From: Novosphingobium sp.
GTDB lineage: Bacteria; Pseudomonadota; Alphaproteobacteria; Sphingomonadales; Sphingomonadaceae
NCBI GenBank assembly: GCA_020200285.1
Contig: JAIVIY010000001.1
Coordinates: 4,031-68,030, forward strand
Direction: 5' to 3'
Length of the DNA stretch: 64,000 bases
Shown: positions 57,897-64,000 of the stretch, one piece after another
Position numbering within the stretch: position 1 is the first letter of the stretch
How the letters are laid out: the number at the start of each line of letters is the position of its first letter
The notes under the pieces: generated by a model
Told to the model about the DNA's origin: nothing
What the model saw: the letters and a program-made list of their open reading frames with translations, nothing else
The model's database searches: none
Position numbers and translations under genes: made by a program

Positions 57897-58903
57897 GTGG
57901 TGACCCCGTCTTGCGGACCCCAGACGTCATCCCCGCACCAGACCAAGCCCTCGTCGTACACGACGCCCGGCACCCGATCCTGGGCGAGAAAGATGGGACC
58001 ATCGAGATCGACAAGGTCGCATAGCTGCGCCAGGATAAAGCCGGGCGCCATCGCCAGGCTTGTCCCGGTCATGTTCCCGACCATGACGCCGAGACCGAGC
58101 CCCTTGGCCTCGCGCGCCATCAGAAGACCTTCGGTAAGGCCACCGCATTTGTCGAGCTTGATATTGACGATGTCGAAGCGTCCGGCCAGCCCCGCCACAT
58201 CCTCCAGTGTAAGAACGCTCTCGTCGGCTGCGATCGGAATGGCCGATCGATAGCCTTCGAGGTCGGCCTCGTGCCCGCGCCGGAGCGGCTGTTCAAGCAG
58301 CGACACCCTTGCATCGACGAGAACCGAAACCAGCCGGTCGAGCTGATCGATTGTGAAGCCCTGGTTGCCATCGACGCCGATCCAGGTGTCGGGACGCGCC
58401 GCCCGCACCTGCCGGACGCGTTCGCAGTCCATTTCGAGCTCGCCGGTCAGCTTGAGCTTGAGGGAACGTGCCTGGGCGTATTTGCGCGCTCCTTCGACCA
58501 TGACTTCCGGATCGTCGGCGCCGAGCGTGAACGTCGTGACGACCCGCTGCGGGGATTGAATTCCGGCCAGCGTCCAGACCGGGACGCCGGCTTGATCCGC
58601 CTCGAGCTCCCACAGCGCGCAATCCACCGCATTGCGCGCGCCTCCAGCGGGCATCAACGAGCGCAGCTCCTCGCGGCTCGGGCCATCCTCGATCCGGCTA
58701 CGATACTCCTCGAGCGTCGCCACCATATGGGCGACATCGTCACCGGTGTAATACACGCCGCTCGCCTCGCCGCGGCCCCGGTGCGGTCCGCTTCGCAAGG
58801 TGACGACCACCACATCGGCGTTTTCGAAGACATAGCCGGATATGCGGAAGGGAGCCGCCAGCCGGTGCTTCTCGACGGCGATGTCGAGCGTCAGCTTTCC
58901 CAT
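57893..58903 (-). CDS. dgcA: Dipeptide epimerase / N-acetyl-D-Glu racemase (enolase superfamily, DgcA/YcjG-like)
   Basis: PFRIS, G.GE, GARNAVDCALWEL, KLK, VDGNQG, EQP, ADES, NIKLDKCGGLTE, DLDGP. Confidence 0.85.
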   Translation of the reverse strand: MGKLTLDIAVEKHRLAAPFRISGYVFENADVVVVTLRSGPHRGRGEASGVYYTGDDVAHMVATLEEYRSRIEDGPSREELRSLMPAGGARNAVDCALWELEADQAGVPVWTLAGIQSPQRVVTTFTLGADDPEVMVEGARKYAQARSLKLKLTGELEMDCERVRQVRAARPDTWIGVDGNQGFTIDQLDRLVSVLVDARVSLLEQPLRRGHEADLEGYRSAIPIAADESVLTLEDVAGLAGRFDIVNIKLDKCGGLTEGLLMAREAKGLGLGVMVGNMTGTSLAMAPGFILAQLCDLVDLDGPIFLAQDRVPGVVYDEGLVWCGDDVWGPQDGVTT

Positions 58904-60689
58904 CAGTGATGCACGCTGAAGCCGATGAGGTTGAAGGCGAGGGCGATCCACAGCACCACCAGAGCGGCGAGCACGAGCACCACGCTCCACACCTTCGCCG
59001 GCCAGCGTCGTTTGCCGCGCCACACCATCCACAGGTTCCAGAGCATCGCCGCCAGCCCGCCGACAAAGACAACCAGGCTCAGCAGTTGCATGATCCAAAG
59101 CAAAGGGTCCATCGACGCGTTGAGATTGTCGATGTCGCCGAGCATCACGCCGACCACGACCCCCCACGCAACAAGCGTCAGCAGGATCAGGATCGAAGCG
59201 ATCTTGGAGAGGCGGAAGCTGCGGAGCTCGTGACGCTCGAGGGCGAGCGTGGCGCCGTAGCGACGGCGGATCAACGCCGCAGCCGGCCAGACCAGGGCCG
59301 TGAAAAGAAGCGCCGCGAGGCTGAGGGAAAGGAGCGGCATCAGCAGCGCCGACGACTTGTGCCAGGGAGTGCGGTCGAACACCATGAACGGGGCAATGCC
59401 GCCCATGCTGAAGCGCACCACCTTGCCGTCCTCGACCACCGCGGCGAGCCGCTTGTGGTTGTCGAGATCGATCCAGAGGAACGGCGCCGTTTCACCCATC
59501 GCCGCGGCTGGCCGTTGAGCCCGTTGGCGATCGGCAGCACGACCTCGCCGTCCTTCCCGACGCCGACCTTGGCCTGGCCAAGGAGATCGGAGATGTGGAG
59601 AAAGCTGCTCCGCGAGCCGCGGGAGTTGGAATAGACGCCGGCCAGGATCTGCGAATGCTGCCGGGCGGTCTTGGGGTCGACGCGGTGCGTATCCCTTTGG
59701 CCGGGGAAATAACGGTCGGCGAAGCGCTCGAACAAGGTGGTGCGGAGCTGCCCCACGGCGCCGTCCTTGCCGGCGCTATTGAACGAGGCGAAGATGCCGA
59801 CGCCGTCGTTGAGGAACAGATGCAGGTCGCTGTGGAAGGCGACCGTGTCGCCGGCATGGGCGATCACTTCGCGGCCGTTGATGTCGGTTTCGTAAAATCC
59901 CAGCTCCATGCCGTTGAGCGGCCGGCGGCAGCGGCTGACGGAAGGTCGAATTGACCATGCCGAGCGGGCGGAAGATGTGCCGATCGAGATAGTCGTTGAA
60001 CGGCTCACGCGAAACCCGCTGGACGATGTAGCCCGCGAGCGAGGTGGCGTAGTTGAAATAAGCAGGCGTGCTTCCGGGCGCGTAGACGCGCTCCGGCGTC
60101 CATTGCTTCAGGAGCCCTTCGAAGGTCGCGGCGTCCTCGGGATTGGAGGTCATGATGCCCTTGGCCTGCTCCTCGAAGCCGGCGGTATGCTTCATGATCT
60201 GCCGAAGCGTGATCGGCTTGCCGTCGTAGTCCGGGATCCTGAAGTCGAGGTAGCGGTTGACGTCCGCGTCGAGATCGAGCCTCCCCTGCTCGACCTGCTG
60301 CATCGCCGCGGTCCAGGTAAAGAGCTTCGAGACGGAGCCGGGACGGAACAGGGTGCGGCGGGGATCGACCGGCTTTCTCGCCTTCACGTCGGCAAAACCA
60401 TAGCCGCGCTGGGTGAGGATCGTCCGTCTTTCACGACCACGATGACGCCGCCGGCGATGTCGCCGCTGGCGAGCGCATAGGGAATAAGGCCGTCGAGGAA
60501 CGCATTGACGTCGTTCGCCTCCAACGGGACGGCACCCGTCCGGGCCACGATTGGCGGCGTCGGGCGTGCCGGGGCGCTGGAATCCCGGTCGGTGCTGACC
60601 GGCGGCGTCAGCGGCAAATTCTGCTGCGCTGCCAACGGGAGGGACAGCAGCATCAGAATGCCAGCCGGGATGATCTTTGCCGATCGCAT
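58903..60689 (-). pseudogene. Membrane-anchored serine hydrolase 6 (S12) with three C-terminal TM helices; single-base losses near 60424 and 59497, deletion near 59922
   Basis: Signal peptide, FRPGSVSK, PAYFNY, AHAGDT, C-terminal TM helices. The pieces lie in successive frames (ORFs 60384-60776, 59776-61233, 59340-60008, 58903-59499). Confidence 0.85.
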
Positions 60690-60759
60690 GCTTATATGCT
60701 CCCCATCGATGCAATTGCGTCGTCTCGGCTCTCGGGCTACATTGCCGGCGAGTGGCGAT

Positions 60760-60804
60760 ATCTCTGTATAGAGCATAATGATGCCAGTCGGAAAAGTTTG
60801 TCAA
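60760..60804. promoter_or_regulatory. Divergent promoter region with island operator
   Basis: Minus strand TTGACA-N18-CATTAT; ATCTC-TGTATA-GAGCA at 60760-60775, between hydrolase 6 and the regulator. Confidence 0.55.
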
Positions 60805-60834
60805 ATGCAGCGTTAAGAGCAACAGGAATCGCAA

Positions 60835-61572
60835 ATGAAGCCTAATCATCTTACGCTTGGAAAATTGCTGCGGAACCTGCGCGCCGGCAACGGCTGGACG
60901 CTCAGGGAGATGAGCGATCGTAGTGGTATCCCGGTCTCGACGCTGTCGAAGGTCGAGCATGACCGGTTGACGCTTACCTATGACAAGCTGCTTCAGCTCA
61001 GCCAGCGCCTGGGCATACAGATATCGGACCTTTTCGCCTCGCCCTCGTCGGAAGGCCCTGTCGCGATCACGGCTCGCCGAAGCATCGGCCGCGTGGACGA
61101 CGCCATTCGCGTCACCACGCCCAACTATGACTATTATTATCTCTGCCCGGAATTGCGCCGGAAACGCATGGTTCCGATATTGACTCGTATTAGAGCCAAA
61201 TCGGTTGAGGAATTCGGGGAGCTTGTCCACCACTCTGGTGAGGAATTCATTTACGTTCTACAAGGCAAGATCGAAATCCATACTGAGTTCTACGATCCTG
61301 TTGTCCTAGGGGAGGGGGAATCGATCTACATCGACTCGAACATGGGCCATGCCTATCTTGCTGGAGAAGGATGCGAGGAGGCCGTCGTCCTCGGCATTTG
61401 CTCCAGCGCCGCCGAAGGACTGATGGATTCGCTGATGAGCCTTCACGGGCCTGCAAATTCCAACCTTTCCGAGGCTGCGCTACCTCAAAGCGCGGCAAAG
61501 AAGCCCAAGTCCCAGCAGAACCCGTCACCGCGGAAGACGTCGCGTCCGGGCAACCGCCGTCGGGTTGCTTGA
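60835..61572 (+). CDS. XRE-family HTH regulator with cupin sensor domain
   Basis: LRNLR...GWTL.EMS.RSGI..STLSKVE...L.LTYDKL; H.GEEFIYVL.G; G.SIYIDS.MGHAY. Confidence 0.93.
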   Translation: MKPNHLTLGKLLRNLRAGNGWTLREMSDRSGIPVSTLSKVEHDRLTLTYDKLLQLSQRLGIQISDLFASPSSEGPVAITARRSIGRVDDAIRVTTPNYDYYYLCPELRRKRMVPILTRIRAKSVEEFGELVHHSGEEFIYVLQGKIEIHTEFYDPVVLGEGESIYIDSNMGHAYLAGEGCEEAVVLGICSSAAEGLMDSLMSLHGPANSNLSEAALPQSAAKKPKSQQNPSPRKTSRPGNRRRVA

Positions 61573-61946
61573 TTCGCGCGAAGGCAGGTTAGGGCGGCAA
61601 TAGCGGCGAACATTCGGTAGCCGATGGAATCCGCAATCCGCTAGTAGACGCGGCATGACGACAAGCGCGCACACATCCCATTTAAAGGCAGCGCCTTGTA
61701 ACTTCGTTTAGCGGAAAACGCGTTCCAGAGCGGGGCGGCGCGGCCGGCTCGAACGGCCGTCAAGCGCCAATCCCGCTGCAAACGCTCGACCAGGACGGCC
61801 GTCCCGATAGCGAACTGGCGGCGACCTTTGCTGTCCGGCGCGTCCTCTCGGCGGGTGACTCCCGTGCTTCTTCCCGCGTCGGAAAGGGTTGCGGAAGTTC
61901 GTGATCACGCCCGCTTTACCGCATCCGGTTACCGGGAGAAAAAACT

Positions 61947-61962
61947 TGTCCTGATTAGGATT
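61947..61962. promoter_or_regulatory. Island operator upstream of the TonB-dependent receptor
   Basis: TGTCC-TGATTA-GGATT. Confidence 0.6.
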
Positions 61963-62015
61963 GCTATCTACAAGATGTGGCGGTTCAATGACTTCACGCT
62001 TCCTGCCGGATCAGG

Positions 62016-64000
62016 TTGGGACAGCAGGTGGATCGAGAGTGCCGAGATGTTCGCCAGGAGATCACGGTCACGGGAACCCGCATCAACCGTGCCGGCTTCG
62101 ATCAGCCTACGCCGACGACGGTAATCGGAGACGTCGAACTCCGTCAGGGCGCGCGCTCGAACATTCAGGCGGTCCTGAACGACCTGCCGCAGGTTCGTCC
62201 GTCCGTGACCCCTGCGACTACGAACGGCAACACCGGCACCGGCCTCGCGCCGATCGATCTTCGCGGCCTGGGCACCTTGCGCACGCTCACATTGCTCAAC
62301 GGCCGACGCTTTGTCGGTGAGAACAACCTCAACTTCGTTCCCTTCAACCTGGTGGACCGGGTCGAGATCGTGACCGGCGGCGCATCCGCCGCTTACGGGG
62401 CCGGCGCCGTCGCGGGCGTGGTGAACATCATCCTGAAGCGGGACCTGGAGGGACTCACGCTCGGCGGCCAGAGCGGCATTTCCTCGCGCGGCGACGGGTT
62501 CCGTTACGGGTTCGACGGCGCCTTCGGCACAAGCTTCGCCGGCGGCAACGGGCGCGTCATGGTCGGCGCGGAATATGTCGACGACAAGGGAATTCCGGAC
62601 CGCAACTCCCGACGCAATTTGGGTAGCTCGGGCATCGTCAGGGTCACGCCCGGCAGCACCACCGACTTTCGGACCGAGCGGGTGCGGGACGTCAATCTTT
62701 CGATCATTGGCGTCCCTCAGAGCCCCGACGGCCTGATCCTCGGCGGCGTGTTGGCCGGGCAGGTCTTCAACCCGGACGGCACCTTGCGTCGGGCCAGCCT
62801 CCCCGACGCGCGAGGCGTCGGCGGGACGGACTCATTCGGAATTTTGGACGATCTTGCCGTGACGGGGCCCGTCGAACGGCTCAACACCTATGCGCGCGTA
62901 AGCTATGATTTGGGGGGCGCGACACTTTGGGCCGACGGAACCTATGTCTACACTCGTACAAACGGTCCGTTCCTTCCCGATATTTTTATCTTCCCGTTCC
63001 AGATCTCGGCGAACAATGCTTTCTTGCGCCCGGAGATTCGCAACCAGTTGGCGGCCGCCGGGCAAACCAGCTTCACCTTCAGCCGAATTTTTAGTGACAT
63101 TTACTTCCTGCAGTTCGACACCAAACGGACGAACTATGAGGGAGCCGTCGGCATAAACGGCGCCTTCGGCAACGGCTGGAAGTACAGCGCTCATTACAGC
63201 CATGGCGAAATCAAGACCGATGAGAGATTGGAAAACTCCAGGCTCGTCGGGAACTTCAACAATGCTATCAACGCCGTGCGGAACAGCGCCGGCCAGATCG
63301 TCTGCGCGATCAATGCTGACGCAAGCACCACGAATGACGATCCGGCCTGTGCCCCGCTCAACCCCTTCGGCGCGTTCAACGCCTCGCCGGCGGCGATCGC
63401 CTACACCAGGGCCACCCAGGGACAGCGCTTCACCAACAAACTCGATTCCGGGGCAGCAGAGGTGCAGGGCGACCTATTCTCTTTGTGGGCCGGGCCGATA
63501 ACCGCGGTGGTCGGCGTGGAAGCGCGCCGGGAGGAACGGGAACAGGGGCCGGCCGCCGCTAACGCTGGCGCCTTCGGCAACCTTTCGCTCTACCGCTTCC
63601 CCCTGGAAGGCGACTTCACGGTCAAGGAGGCCTTCGGCGAACTCGCGGTGCCGGTGCTGGATTTCGAAAATACCGCCAAGCTCGACCTTAACGGCGCCGC
63701 TCGTTATTCGGACTACAGCACCAGCGGCGGCATCTGGACGTGGAAGGCCGGCGGCACCCTCCGCCTGTTCGACGATCTGCTGCTCCGCGCCACGCGATCG
63801 CGCGACATCCGCTCGCCCAGCATAGGCGAGCTGTTCAATACGCGCACCGTCAACGTCGGGCAGGTGACCGACCGAGACACGGCCGGCCGTCAGGGCGTCA
63901 TCCCGGGTTTCAACGCCTCTCCGTCGCCGACTATCTTCACCGGCGGCAATCCGGACCTGGTGCCGGAGACCGCCAAGACGCTGACGTTCGGCGGCTCTTT
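62016..64000 (+). CDS. TonB-dependent receptor (partial, runs off window end; signal peptide not found in frame)
   Basis: Frame not listed in the ORF track (codons start at 62061): QEITVTGTRI.R.GF..PTP, IDLRGLG..RTL.LLNGRR, VDRVEIVTGGASAAYGAGAVAGVVNIILK, later C...C.PLNPFG and RSRDIRSPSIGELF. In-frame stop at 61989-61991 upstream. Confidence 0.92.
   Translation, partial: MGQQVDRECRDVRQEITVTGTRINRAGFDQPTPTTVIGDVELRQGARSNIQAVLNDLPQVRPSVTPATTNGNTGTGLAPIDLRGLGTLRTLTLLNGRRFVGENNLNFVPFNLVDRVEIVTGGASAAYGAGAVAGVVNIILKRDLEGLTLGGQSGISSRGDGFRYGFDGAFGTSFAGGNGRVMVGAEYVDDKGIPDRNSRRNLGSSGIVRVTPGSTTDFRTERVRDVNLSIIGVPQSPDGLILGGVLAGQVFNPDGTLRRASLPDARGVGGTDSFGILDDLAVTGPVERLNTYARVSYDLGGATLWADGTYVYTRTNGPFLPDIFIFPFQISANNAFLRPEIRNQLAAAGQTSFTFSRIFSDIYFLQFDTKRTNYEGAVGINGAFGNGWKYSAHYSHGEIKTDERLENSRLVGNFNNAINAVRNSAGQIVCAINADASTTNDDPACAPLNPFGAFNASPAAIAYTRATQGQRFTNKLDSGAAEVQGDLFSLWAGPITAVVGVEARREEREQGPAAANAGAFGNLSLYRFPLEGDFTVKEAFGELAVPVLDFENTAKLDLNGAARYSDYSTSGGIWTWKAGGTLRLFDDLLLRATRSRDIRSPSIGELFNTRTVNVGQVTDRDTAGRQGVIPGFNASPSPTIFTGGNPDLVPETAKTLTFGGS

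Larger units (their letters stand above)
40078..64000. mobile_element. Putative tRNA-Lys-anchored genomic island (extends beyond window)
   Basis: Starts at the tRNA 3' end; visibly more A/T at third codon positions (by eye); only accessory catabolic genes; a foreign gene relic; none of the repeat families seen in the core part. No integrase within the window. Confidence 0.6.

Noticed and set aside
40581-60689. Beta-lactam resistance cluster
   Set aside because: The third motif is HGG/HAG rather than KTG, extra C-terminal domains are present, and the context is peptide catabolism.
61573-61940. Long intergenic region as a possible sRNA or riboswitch
   Set aside because: Only weak GC hairpins and no recognisable conserved motif; cannot be supported without a covariance search.

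Overview
High-GC alphaproteobacterial chromosome segment, almost certainly Sphingomonadales and probably Erythrobacteraceae/Novosphingobium-like (inferred from serine palmitoyltransferase with a dedicated ACP, divK, a CIRCE-controlled groESL and the gene order). Bases 1-40077 are mostly core genes: pgsA, oxyR, rnd, aspS, acpP-fabF-mltG, groESL, spt, divK, dksA, rsmB, msrA, aguB, folK, tRNA-Met and tRNA-Lys. This part also has a VapBC-type toxin-antitoxin pair, several general-stress (EcfG-type) genes, an orphan Pycsar-effector-like membrane protein and three families of palindromic repeats. From the 3' end of tRNA-Lys (40078) to the window end lies an island that looks less GC-rich by eye (not computed). 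It reads as a co-regulated D-amino-acid-peptide utilisation locus: six exported SxxK serine hydrolases, a lipoprotein D-aminoacylase, Tat-exported M19 and M20 peptidases, POT and YkvI transporters, DgcN/DgcA, an XRE-cupin regulator and a TonB-dependent receptor. A shared imperfect palindrome (TGTCC-N6-GGACA and variants) sits in five island promoters. Major caveat: about nine genes, including the essential aspS and spt, show clean internal deletions, and one also has two single-base losses. Assembly or consensus artefact is the most likely cause, so all pseudogene calls are provisional. Family assignments come from recognising motifs by eye; no database search was run.
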